64,000 nt of DNA from Carcharhinus longimanus. Lineage: Eukaryota. A model generated the notes under the pieces. It worked only from the letters and a program-made list of their open reading frames with translations. It ran no database searches and was not told the origin of the DNA. The position numbers and the translations under genes are program-made. The stretch lies in contig JASCQW010000043.1 in NCBI GenBank assembly GCA_030264375.1, positions 43,081,463 through 43,145,462 of the forward strand, given 5' to 3'. Of the stretch, positions 27,150 to 38,277 are shown in pieces; position 1 is the first letter of the stretch; every line of letters starts with the position of its first letter.

Positions 27150-27970
27150 CAGCCAGAACAGCCATTTTAAAGCCACTATTGCCATTATTGTCATTGATGT
27201 CAAGGTGACCATGGTCTTATTTCTTTGTGAATAGACCCTTCCAGGCTGAAATAGACGACATTCCATAAAATTCAGTGTGCATTGTTGTATCTTGGAGGTA
27301 ACAAGAACTCTGTGTGCCAGGAGAGTTGATATCTTTGGCTTCATACTTGACGCAGAGAGGCAGGCAGAGCATGCAATTTGTTCTTCCATTATAGGAAACT
27401 TGCACATGGTGCAGGGAGCCATCGACTGTTCAGCTGACTTTGTGGGCACCACATCTCAATGGCGAGATGCACTAAAACTGTAAAAGTTGCCATTCGATGT
27501 ATATGCAGTTTGTGTGATCATCATACTGGTGAATGCCCATTATTCTACTAGCACTCATGATGCTTGCTAGTCTGCTGTTCCAGCAATCTCCCAATTTTCA
27601 AACCAGAAGTAGGCTGCTCAGAGACATGGGCTATCTGCTTTGCAGCTGACTGGCGACTCGCCTGTGAAATTCAATAAGAAAGTGCTGAGATAATGAGAAA
27701 CACGTTAACAAGAAAAAAGTAATCAAGCAGATGAATGGGTGGTTGCAGTAACAGTTCCACTTCTGCAATATTTCTAGAGAAGTTTTGAAGTACTGTCCAG
27801 AGTGACTGTCTTAACTCATGATGGTTTGTTGCCTTCTCTCCAACCCGGCTAGCATGAGAGCAAAGCATTTGCTGCCACTGGTGGAGGGAGAGAATGAGGA
27901 GGAAGGGAGGAGACAACCAACACATCCACATTTCAGCCAGGCTGTCTATCAGCTCACCATTAAACACCCT
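27150..27970 (+). pseudogene. Decayed PIF/Harbinger (HARBI1-like) DDE transposase
   Basis: Collinear motifs across frameshifts and stops: VKVTMVL; SVHCCILEVTRTLCARR; NLHMVQGAIDC; APHLNGEMH*NCKSCHSMYMQFVCDH; VNAHYSTSTHDA; LLRDMGY; LKYCPE..LMMVCCLLSN. Confidence 0.85.
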
Positions 27971-28199
27971 GAGTGAAATCCCAGATCCTCATTGCTCAAC
28001 AGTTCCACATTCACCATATCTCTGTGACAGATTCAATCCACTTACACACAACCCTGAAAGTTACAAACCATAAAACAACAATTCCATGAAAACTTTTCCC
28101 AACAATACTTTCAGTCCTCACCAAATCGTTCTTGTGCATTCCTTCAGTGCTGGTCTTATGGGTACTTCTACCTGCGCTATCATTTCTAAGCTCTGCTAC

Positions 28200-28800
28200 C
28201 ATTGTGGCTGCAGCAAGGCTGATGCTGATTTCAATGGGAAAGACTGCAGATGGCTCTGGGCCTTGAACATCTGGCTTTGGAATGCATTAACTCGGTCAGG
28301 GCAGCAACCATCTGGACTGGTTGGCTGACAGGCAGCAAGAGAAGTACTGATAGTGCAGCAGTGGTAGTACAATTAATGTTGTGATCCTGAGGGAGGACTG
28401 CAAGTCCCTGAAGCATCGGTATCTGCAGTCTGAACCTACATGGTACCAAGCTGGGCTTGAGTGGCAACAAACAGAGATTGCATCATCTCAGTGTGAGCTT
28501 CCACTGCAGTTACTGGCTTCTGCTGGTGTTGCAACTAAAGCAGAGACGTTAGCCACCAGGACCAGTGTGATGGCTGTATCCCCAAGTGATCTAATGAAAT
28601 TGGCCATTGCTTCCATGCTGGATAGGATAGGCTTCAAACTCTGCAAGAAACCCCGTGCCAAGTTAAAGCCAAATTCCTCCATACTCATTGACGGTGACAA
28701 CCGGTTCTCTGACAGGCCTGTCAATGTTTCGTGTTTATGCTCATCAGTTGCATTCATACCCAGTAACTGATACAGATCGCCATTCTGCAATGCTCACTCA
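28200..28800 (-). pseudogene. Probable remnant of the second (Myb/SANT-partner) ORF of the same Harbinger element
   Basis: Convergent ORF 28488-28790 (..LARGFLQSLKPILSSMEAMANFIRSL..) immediately downstream of the transposase. The arrangement fits two-ORF Harbingers, but the Myb domain itself is not recognisable. Confidence 0.45.
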
Positions 28801-30459
28801 ATGACCCCACATATCAGCTTGAATTCTTCCATTTGAAAATTGCATTAGCTGGACTTTGAACATCAATAGGACAGTGAGAGGTTGCCCGCCCTTAATAACC
28901 TCCCTTAATTTTTATGTGCCAGCCTTTCACTTTTCAGGTTTGAGTGGGGTGGTCAGCATTTGCAGATTGTTCTGATACATCTTGCGTCTGTGGTTTTGTA
29001 CATTGCTTGAAGTGATCTGGATGATACTGGAGCTTACAAAGTCAGTGTGATGGAGTTTGTCACAAAGGCATCTTGTACATGTTTATCCTCCTGTAAAATG
29101 TGTGTTCCTGTGGAAGTTGTCTTTAAATTTATCATAAGAAAAGATGGCACATGCGCAAATTTATATGTTCTCCGATTAGCCCTTGAGATGTTGTAATGTT
29201 TTATTCCATCTTTTCACTATATTCAGCTGTAGGCAAGATGTTTAAAAGGTAGACAGAAGCAGCTGATATCCTAACTCTTTTCCCTATCTTTATAATGTAG
29301 TAATAGTGTGACAGCAGTCGGCTTCAGATATCTGATAATTATCTCGATACTGGAAGAGAGAAAGTGTCACAGTAAATACTTTATTTTAATTGGTTTAACT
29401 TCAGGGACCATTACTGGCCTAATTAGAAACATGAAAAGGCTACATATTAGAAAATATCCTGGAGGAATGAGAGCATTAGCAACTCTGTCAAGACATTTTC
29501 CAAATAAGAATATAGTACCAGCAACATCTTTACCGGGTGACAGGTCTGAAATCACAGTCTTAATGAAACAGCATTGGCCAAAGTTTCCTCGTACATGATT
29601 CTGTCAGCCATGCCCCCAAAGGGAATGCAAGGATAGAGAGAGCAAACTTCACCTTTGATATATCCGCACCACATATCCACTGTTCAAGAAGCCATGGGAA
29701 ATTCCTCCCATGACAAGGGAAGTGGAAATCACAGACACCCAGGGCCCTGCCCACTGTGTATAACTAAATTTGAATATCATTATATGCATGTTGGTTACAT
29801 ATATGAAAAATCAAAACAACTCAACTTTGGTTGTCCTGATTAGCTTATTATAAACCTTTATTTATCTATCTGCATCAGGCAGATTTACAATGAAACATTG
29901 AGGTATGCAGATTGTGATAGAATATAATTCTGCTGCTGCTGATGGGCTCACGGTGCCTTATGGATCACCAGTTTTGTGCTGCTATATCTGTTTGAAATCT
30001 ATCCTATCAAAGCACAGTGGTAATGTCATAGAACATGATGGAGGACATCCTCAGTGTTATACTTTCACAAAAATGAGTTTCTGCACTTTCCTGTTGGATC
30101 TGCAGATGATGAATTGTTTGGTTACAATCTTTCTCCTGTATTGTTTAAGAGAATTTGTCAAAATTCTGTGAGGTTTCTATTAGTGCTCCTACCATAACAT
30201 AAGAGCAGAAGGCAAGTGAATCCCTCAAGAAAATAGGATAGGCCTTCCATCTATTTGCATCCATTTCTTACAAGGCACTTAATGGGCAGAGACTGGGGTC
30301 AGGAGCTGGGATGCTCTGACCCATGGGTTCCCACTATTGAGAGTCCTGTGGTTGGTTACCTGGTGCTTTAGTAGTGGCTAATATATGAAAAGCTCAGGTG
30401 TGTTACACTCCATAAGGGCACATCTACCCAAGTTTGGATTCACAACAGTGAGGTTTCTG

Positions 30460-30590
30460 AGTATTGATGAGGGATCATTGCCCTGAAACATCTGTTTCTC
30501 TGCACAGCTGCTGCTTGACTTGCCAAAAGTTTCTAGGCTTTCTGACTGTAACCTCAGATTTACAGTATCTGCATATTTTGCTTTTATACT
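30460..30590 (+). repeat. Penelope-like terminal repeat fragment
   Basis: tgatgagggatcattgccctgaaac..ctgctgcttgacttgc..cagatttacagtatctgcatattttgctttt, the reverse-complement homolog of 47585-47740. Confidence 0.55.
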
Positions 30591-30839
30591 GGTTTATTAA
30601 CAGTGCTGTGCCCTTTGTTCTTGTTCCATGTATTTCTTGCTTCCCTTCCTTCCTTGTATTTGTTTGGTGCAATGTTCTAATGGACATTGCTTTAGAACAT
30701 CTGGAGTTTATGACCAAAGAGCAGTAGATTTATCAAAAGCAGGAGAAATACTGATCTTGACAGCAAGGATTCTTGGAGCCTTTCTTGAATAAATGTTGGC
30801 CTTGCAGCATTCATATTCCAAGAATGGGATGTGGAATAG

Positions 30840-31158
30840 GGCGGCACAATAGCACAGTGGTTAGCATTGCTGCCTCAAAGTGCCAGGGACACAGATTCAA
30901 TTTTGGCCTCGGGTAACTATCTGTGTGGAGCTTGCACATTCCCTCGTGTTTGCATGGGTTTCCTCCAGGTGGTCCGGTTTCCTCCCACAGTACAAGATGT
31001 GCATATTAGGTGGATTGGCTGTGCTAAATTGTCCCTTAGGGTCAGGGAGACTGGTAGGATAAATACATGGGGTTACGGGAATAGGGTCTGAGTGGGATTG
31101 TTGTCAGTGCAAACTTGATGCGCCAAATAAACTCCTTCTGCAATGTAGGGATTCTATG
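30840..31158 (+). mobile_element. HE1-like V-SINE (CR1-type tail)
   Basis: gggcggcacaatagcacagtggttagc..tgtagggattctatga. Confidence 0.9.
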
Positions 31159-32789
31159 AAGAATGATTTTTTTCTTCTTTAAAAAACAGTGGGCTTGAAT
31201 AATAAATAGCAATACAGAATCTGTGTTGAGGAATCTGTTACTTTTCAAGCCCAAATCTACATTTACTCCTGCAATCCCTTGTTTTACATTGAGGCCAAAT
31301 TGAAATATTGTAGCTATCACAGATGATGAAGGAAAAATAGTTCAGTTTAAGCAACTGCTGAACACCTACAAAACATTCACTTAATATCATTTTATTTTTC
31401 CACTTTTCAGCTATTATTTATAAACTTACTTGCACCACCATAAGTCATGTCTATTCCATTGCAAAGTCAACAAGTGATTGCAGCCTTCCTATAGTCTCTA
31501 TCCATGTCATTCATTCTTTGTTGGCAGTAGGCCCAATTTTACTGCAAATCTTTTGACAGTCGGATTTCTATTTTCCCATGGTGCAATGGCTTGATGTACT
31601 TTAACTGCTGGTTCACTTGAATTTTGAAGAAATGCACCCCACAGATGTATGAATGTGAGTAGCAAGTCACCCTACGAGAACAAATTTGTAACATTCGAGA
31701 GGAGTGTCAGATGCCCAGATATTCAAGCAATTAAGCGTTCCTTTGCAGAAGACTGCACTCTATCCGAACCATTCAGGGATATTTTTCAATGCTTGTTACG
31801 TGATTTCTGATGTCTGTTTTATTCCAGATGAAACTTTTGTTTATGATTGTCCAATGTGATACTGCTGTATTTCTGTATGGATAGTGTTAATACGAGTGTT
31901 GAAAATCAAACCCAAGCAGCTTTCATATTGGGCAAGGTAAACAAAAGTGAACTATTCCCCCCAAAGCTCATTTTATGGTATTTTCAGTAAATTAAGGTTT
32001 CCTATCAATTCCTAATGAAAATATTAAGTCCTCTCGTTTAATAATCTATTGTACTGAAATGGAGCCTGTACATTTGCCCTGCATCAAAACGACATCTTGT
32101 GACAAGGTTGAACTGTATTGTTTGGGAATCTTGCTGGCATCTGGAGGTTGATAGCCCATAATCTATGTGTGCAGTTTTGCAATTTTATCTTCTCCCCACT
32201 TAGGAATAGTGTGAGTGTCTCACTCTTATGATTGATCAGACATAATTTTAACAGGATAAATAAAATCTCTCACAACTGGAATAGTTTTAAGCAATAATGC
32301 ATAGAGTAGGGTGAGGAGTTTGGGTTTATTTATGGCAGATAATTCGGAATTAAGTACAGTGTTTTGTTATGTATTTGGGGTCTAGGTGAGGTTCTTCAGG
32401 TTTCCGTAAGATCATAAGATATAGGAGGAGAATTAAGCCATTCAGCCCATTGAATCTGTTCCGCCATTCAATCATGGCTGATATGATTCTCATCCCCATT
32501 CTCCTGCCTTTATTCCAAGCTATTAAAGTCTCAGTTTTCTATCATTGTTACAAACCAGATCAAAACATGCCTGTGGAATTGTTGGCATCGAATTTTAATA
32601 TACACACTTGATCTATTATTAATAGGTTTAAAAATAAACTGCATTACACAATGTCTTTTAACACCTCTGAAAGTAATTCATGTTTCACAGTGACGACGGT
32701 TCCTGTGTAGGCAAGTACTGCAGCTATTGTTGGTGGAATTGGTTTGAGGGAAGAACTGTTAGTCAAAACAGCCAGAGAGTTAAGTTTAA

Positions 32790-33067
32790 GCATTAGTGCG
32801 ACGTGTAGGCTTACATTAACACTGCAGTGAAGTTACTGTGAAAATCCCCTAGTCGCCACACTCTGGCGCCTGTTCGGGGTACACTGAGGGAGAACTTAGC
32901 ACCTAACCAGCACGTCTTTTGGACTGTGGGAGGAAATCGGAGCACCCGGAGGAAACCCACACAGACACGGGGAGAACGTGCACAGACAGCGACCTAAGCT
33001 GGGAATCAAACCCAGGTCTCTGGTGCTGTGAGGCAGGTGTGCTAACCACTGGGCCACCATGCTGCCC
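32790..33067 (-). mobile_element. V-SINE, alternative tail type
   Basis: taggcttacattaacactgcagtgaagttactgtgaaaatcccctagtcgcc..gtgctaaccactgggccaccatgctgccc. Confidence 0.9.
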
Positions 33068-33204
33068 AGTTCCTTGTTCCTCTTCAAAATATTACCATGT
33101 ACGAGATATTTAAGGTTGTCCACATTTTCCTCATTCCATAGATGTTAATTTATGAGAAGGCACAAAATAGACTGTGTACTGCCAAACCAGTGGTTTTTCT
33201 TTAC

Positions 33205-33530
33205 ACATTCATGGGATGTGGGCATTGCAGGCTGGGCCAGTATTTATTAGTCATTCCTGAGGGCAGATAAGAGCCAACCACATTGCTCTGAAGTCACAAG
33301 TAGGCCAGGCCAGGTACAACGACAGATTTCCTTCCCTAAAGGACATTAGCGAACAGATGGGTCTTTACGCCAATTGACAATGGTTTTGTAGTGATCATTA
33401 GATTTTAATTCCAGATTTTTTTTATTGAATTCAAATTCCACCATCTCGTATTCTTGGATTCGAACCTGGATCCCCAACAGCATTACTCTAGATCTCTGGA
33501 TTATTATCCAGTGACAATACCACTGTGCCT
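33205..33530 (-). mobile_element. Second tRNA-derived shark SINE family
   Basis: Reverse B-box ggattcgaacc and A-box region gtgacaataccactgtgcc. Paralogous to 49475-49822. Confidence 0.75.
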
Positions 33531-33681
33531 CTGCTTCTCAGTGAGGAATATTGAAGAGCTTTTCTGTGCATGGGTATCTGCNNNNNNNNNNNNNNNNNNN
33601 NNNNNNNNNNNNNNNNNNNNNNNNNNNNNNNNNNNNNNNNNNNNNNNNNNNNNNNNNNNNNNNNNNNNNNNNNNNNNNNNN

Positions 33682-33763
33682 GGCACCGCCTGGGTTTTAC
33701 CCGCCCCCCCCCACACCGGCCCCGCCAGGGTTCTACCCACCCCTGGCGCTGCCCAGGTTCTAC
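33682..33763. repeat. GC-rich degenerate tandem repeat next to SGSH donor site and gap
   Basis: Three units containing ggtt(c/t)tacc preceded by gcc..gg. Confidence 0.65.
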
Positions 33764-33914
33764 CTGTCTCCGGTGCTGTGCAGGAACTCCCGGACCAGCA
33801 GTTTGATTTTGGTGATATTCCTCCCCACCTGCAGGATGGAGTGGTTTTCCTCGGTCTCTGAATAATCAAAGGGATAGACAGACTGCGGACCAACATGTTT
33901 CTTCCCAATTATTC
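33764..33914 (-). CDS. SGSH: SGSH exon (equivalent to human exon 4)
   Basis: Translates (G)[49 protein letters not shown](R). Acceptor ttttttcag, donor gtagaa, 151 bp. Not shown in this frame in the ORF track; read by hand. Confidence 0.95.
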
Positions 33915-34279
33915 CTGAAAAAAAACCCAGAAATAAACCGAGGAAGAATGATCCTTCAGATCCAGGACAAATAAATAAACTAAATAAAACTACAAATTAG
34001 AATGAAGACAGAACACACGAAACAGGTCGGACTGTGTCCGTGAGGAAAAGACAGATTAATATTTACAGAAACGAGAAGTCACACAGCAGCAAGTTAACAG
34101 AGGGAACAACTCTCAATATGTTTTAAACTGTGTCCCAATTCTTATCTCCACAAGGTTAGCGGGTAAATACCTGACAACATACAGGAAGAAGCATGTTCCA
34201 TGCATGTTACATGTAGGAAGGAGTGTGCTACACATAGGATAACATGCAAAGAAGGAACATTTTACATGCAGGCTAACAC

Positions 34280-34420
34280 GTAGGGAAGGAGTGTGTTGCA
34301 CACAGGAAGGGAGCGTGTTACACACAGGATAACAGAGAGGAAGGAGCGTGTTACACGCAGGATAACACAGAGGAAGGAGCGTGTTACACGCAGGATAACA
34401 CAGAGGAAGGAGCGTGTTAT
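34280..34420. repeat. 33-bp minisatellite in SGSH intron
   Basis: Unit gagcgtgttacacgcaggataacacagaggaag at 34311, 34344, 34377 and 34410 (partial), with degenerate copies back to about 34180. Confidence 0.9.
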
Positions 34421-34525
34421 TTGCAGTGGGAGATGAGAGGTTTTGGTGACACTGTGAACAGAGCGAATGTAAAAAATTTTTAGAAATCGAGTCCCAGTGA
34501 CCTGTGACAATGTCTAAATCCTTAC

Positions 34526-34631
34526 CTGTCCTGATCTGTGACTGACTGAGCAGAAATGGTAAACTTCTGACAGTGTCGAAGGAATTGAAATGGTGATAAG
34601 TCTGGTGCAGTCCATACATCCCATTCTGATG
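34526..34631 (-). CDS. SGSH: SGSH exon (equivalent to human exon 3)
   Basis: Translates [35 protein letters not shown](G). Acceptor ctttgcag, donor gtaagg, 106 bp, in frame with the previous exon. Confidence 0.95.
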
Positions 34632-35135
34632 CTGCAAAGCACAAACCCCAGTCAGTCCTCACAATGTCCTCGGAACCTGCCTCCACGTCAATCACAGCAA
34701 CACACAGTGAGCTGGCTACTCGGATACTGAGACCCACACACAGCCAGCCTGGCACAACTGCCAGCTCCCCCATGGTGCCCGGACTCTGATTCTCACCAGT
34801 ATTGGGGAGGTAGTGCACCTATTGATGGGGTGAGGGACACCTCCTCAGAATCAGAACGTCAATTGTAGCATCTCTCCGAGAACAGTACTGTCAAAGTGAA
34901 CAGGGCGGAGGCCATTCAGCCCCTCTGCTCAGCCTTGTGTGGCTGATTGCCCCCTCAACCCAATCTATCCGGTTTTACATCACATCTCCAAAGCAAAAAC
35001 CTATCGGTCTCGCTCTGGAAAGGCACAGCTGAGTCCCGCATCGCTGTGCATGTGTGTGTGTGTGACAAAATACCGAGTTCACTGCCTTACAGCTCATCCT
35101 CCTCGCAGGCACCAAGCGCTAAACCCAACAATCCA

Positions 35136-35453
35136 GAGAATCACAGAATCCCCACAGTGCAAAAGGAGGCCATTCGGCCCATCGAGTCTGCACTGAGCAC
35201 AATCCCACCCAATCCCCATCTCCGTAACTCCACACATTTACTCTGCTAATCCCCTGACACCAGAGTCAACTTAGCACGGCCAATACACCTAACCCGCACA
35301 TCTTTGGATTGAGGGGGGAAGCCGGGGCGTCTGGAGGAAACCCACGCAGACATGGGGAGAATGTGCAGACTCCACACAGACAGTGACCCCAGGCCGGGAA
35401 TCGAACCCGGGTCCCTGGCGCTGTGAGGCAGCAGTGCTAATCACCGTGCCGCC
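35136..35453 (-). mobile_element. HE1-like V-SINE (CR1-type tail) in SGSH intron, CpG-rich
   Basis: gaatcacagaatccccacagtgcaaaaggaggccattcggccc..gggaatcgaacccgggtccctggcgctgtgaggcagcagtgcta. Confidence 0.9.
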
Positions 35454-35590
35454 CCTTAAGGTAAAAATACTGAGTTTCAGGTCACCCTCGTCACAGGAAA
35501 CAAGCGCTGATTCCCACGATCCGGAACGTGTGATCTGTCTGACGCTGCAGAGAACGCAGTCGAGGTTTAAGACTGAGGGGGTGAACGTAC

Positions 35591-35751
35591 CTGTGGCAGG
35601 CCGGTTAAAATGGCAGAGCGACTGGGAGAGCAGCTGCTGACGGAGGAGAAGGCGTTTTGGAAGATAACGCTACGCTTCGCCAGGCGGTTGAGGTTAGGGG
35701 TCCAGATGGCCGTGTTATTGTAGACTTCAGTCTCAAAGCCAGCGTCATCGG
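35591..35751 (-). CDS. SGSH: SGSH exon (equivalent to human exon 2), sulfatase active-site exon
   Basis: Translates (A)[53 protein letters not shown] with the sulfatase C-x-P-x-R (CSPSR) motif. Acceptor gtgtcacag, donor gtacgt, length 161 bp, phase 1 to phase 0. Confidence 0.95.
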
Positions 35752-35897
35752 CTGTGACACACACAACGGAAAGATCATTGAAAAGCAGCTACTGTCAATG
35801 AGAACACTCACCAATCACTCAACAACAACTCACACTTTATACATAGCACCGGAAACTCCAGTGAGGTCTGCACTGGGAGTGCCGTGCTGTCACAAGG

Positions 35898-36440
35898 CCA
35901 TAAGATACAGAGCAGAATTAGGCCACTCGGCCCACTCCGCCATGGCTAATATTCGTTAAAGTTATCATTTATTTATTAGTCACAAGTAAGGCTTACGTTA
36001 ACACTGCAATGAAGTTATTGTGAAATTCCCCTAGTCGCCTGTTCGGGTCAATGCACACAAACCAGCACGTCTTTCAGAATGTGGGAGCAGCACCCGGAGG
36101 AAACCCATGCAGACACGGGGAGAACATGCAGAGTCCACACAGATAGTGACCCAAGCCAGGAATCGAACCTGGGTCCCTGACACCGTGAGGCAGCAGTGCC
36201 AACCACTGTGCTACCCGTCATCCCCATTATCCTGCCTTCTCCCCATAACCTTATTGATCAAGGACTTATCTATCTCTGTCTTAAAGACACTCAATGACCT
36301 GCCCTCCACAGCCCTCTGCGGCAATGAGTTCCACAGATTCACCGTCCTCTAGCTGAAGAAATTCCTCCTCATCTCAGTTTTAAAGGAGCGTCCCTTCAAT
36401 TTGAGATTATGCATTTGAGTTCTGGTCTCTCCCACTAATG
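35898..36440 (-). mobile_element. CR1 LINE 3' end with nested V-SINE
   Basis: cataagatacagagcagaattaggccactcggccc start. Resumes after the SINE with ccccattatcctgccttctcc..gagttccacagattcacc..aagaaattcctcctcatctc. Confidence 0.75.
35966..36217 (-). mobile_element. V-SINE, alternative tail type
   Basis: tttatttattagtcacaagtaaggcttacgttaacactgcaatgaag..gcagcagtgccaaccactgtgctacc. Confidence 0.88.
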
Positions 36441-38277
36441 TGCCAAAGAAGCAAGTCCACGTGTTTCCCAACCAGAAACTATGAATGATCATGGATATCC
36501 ACTGCTTGCTGAAGTCGAGTGACCCTGACCTTTACAAGGAAGCCAGATATGATCTAAGGAGATCCATCAAAGATGCCAGAAGATAGTATCAGACCAAGCT
36601 ACAGTCCAGGCTAGCCACACAGACCCCCACTGACTATTGCAAGTTCTGCAAGACATAACAGGCTACAAGAAGAAGGTTTGTAAAATCGCCTGCACCACTC
36701 CCTGATGAGCTCAATACATTCCATGCCCATTTTGAAGAGATCAATGAGATCGGGGTGAACCTGATTCGGAGGTTGCCATTGCAGCTGTCAGAGCAGCCTT
36801 TCTGAAGGTCAGTCCATGGAAAGCGACTGGCCTGGATGAGGTACCTGGACGAACACTCAGATCCCGCATGATTCAGCTGGCAGGGGAATTTGCAGACATC
36901 TTCAACCTCTCTTTACAACAATCTGAGGTTCTTATCTGCTTCAAGGAAACAATCATCATCCCGGTATCAAAGAAAAGCTAAGCAGCGTGCCTTAATGACC
37001 AGTGGCTCTAATATCCATCATTATGAAGTGCTTTGAATGGTTAGTCATGGCACAAATCAATTCTGGCCTCCCAAGTATACCTGGATCCATTACAATTTGC
37101 CTATCACCGCAAAAGGTCATCAGGCAGATGACCTTTATCAGGATACTATCTTCTGGCAGATGCCATCTCCCTGTCCCTGCAGTCAACCCTGGAACACTCA
37201 GAATACAAAGACATGTATGTCAGACTCCTATTTATCGATGACAGCTCAGCCTTCAACACTATTATTCCCACAAAACCCATGTCCAAACTTTATGGCCTGG
37301 AGCTTGGCTCCTCCCTCTGCAAATAGATCCTGAAATTCCTAACCCACAGACCACAATCAGTAAGGATAGGCAACAACACCTCCTTCACAATCATCCACAA
37401 CACCAGTGCCCCACAGACTGTGTCCCCAGCCCCTTACTATAGTCCTTATACACCTATGACCATGTGGCCAAATTCCCCTCCAGCTTGAGTTTCAAGTTTG
37501 CTGATGACACCACCACAGAGGGCTGTACCTCAAACAATGATGAGACTGAATACCGAAAAGAGATAGATAATCTGGTGTACTGGTGCAATGACAATAATCT
37601 CTCTCTCAATGTCAACAAAATGAAGGAGCTAGCCATTGAATTCAAGAAGCATAGTGGGGGACATGCCCCTGTCTACGTCAATAGGGATGAAGTAGAAATG
37701 GTTGAGAGCTTCAAGTATATACGTGTCCAGATCGCCAACAATCTGTCCTGGTTCCCCCATGCCGACTCCATAGTTAAGAAAGCGCACCAACATCTCTACT
37801 TTCTCAGAAGACTAAGGAAATTTGGCATGTCCGCAACGACTCTCACCAACTTTTACGGATGCACCATAGAAAGCATTCTTTCTAGTTGTGTCACAGCTTG
37901 GCATGGCTCCAACTCTGTCCAAGGCTGCAAGAAACTACAAAGCCCAGTCCATCACTCAAACCAGCCTCCCACCGATTGACACTATCCACCCTTCCCACTG
38001 CCTCAGCAAAGCAGCTAGCATAATTACAGACCTCACGCACCCTGGACATTCTCTCTTCCAACTTCTTCCGTCGGGAAAAGGAAGCAAAAGTCTGAAGAGA
38101 TGTACCAACTGACTCAAGAATAGCTTCTTCCCTGCTGCCATCAGACTTTTGAATGGACTTACCTTGCATTAAGCTGATGTTTCTCTACACCCAAGCTATG
38201 ACTGTAATATTACATTCTGCATCCTCTTGTTTCCTTTTCTTTCAATGGTATGCTTTGTCTGTATAGCGCACAAGAAA
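36440..38277 (+). mobile_element. 5'-truncated decayed Rex1/Babar-clade LINE
   Basis: ORF 37464-37979 KFADDTT..NNDETEYRKEIDNLVYWCNDNNLSLNVNKMKEL..KKAHQHLYFLRRLRKFGMS..FYGCTIESIL. Upstream ALISIIMKCFEWLV. 3' end FFPAAIRLLN plus UTR. Confidence 0.88.

Noticed and set aside
27150-27970. Host HARBI1 gene
   Set aside because: Many stops and frameshifts and degraded catalytic motifs indicate a transposon fossil.
30840-30915. tRNA-like A/B boxes
   Set aside because: These are the head of a V-SINE rather than a tRNA gene. The same applies to all other SINE heads.
32281-32300. 11-nt match to the 5' end of miR-137 on the minus strand
   Set aside because: The rest of the mature sequence does not match and there is no hairpin.
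34113-34637. 174-aa ORF as a single-exon gene
   Set aside because: Only the first about 36 codons are SGSH exon. The remainder is intron read-through including the 33-bp repeat ([11 protein letters not shown]).
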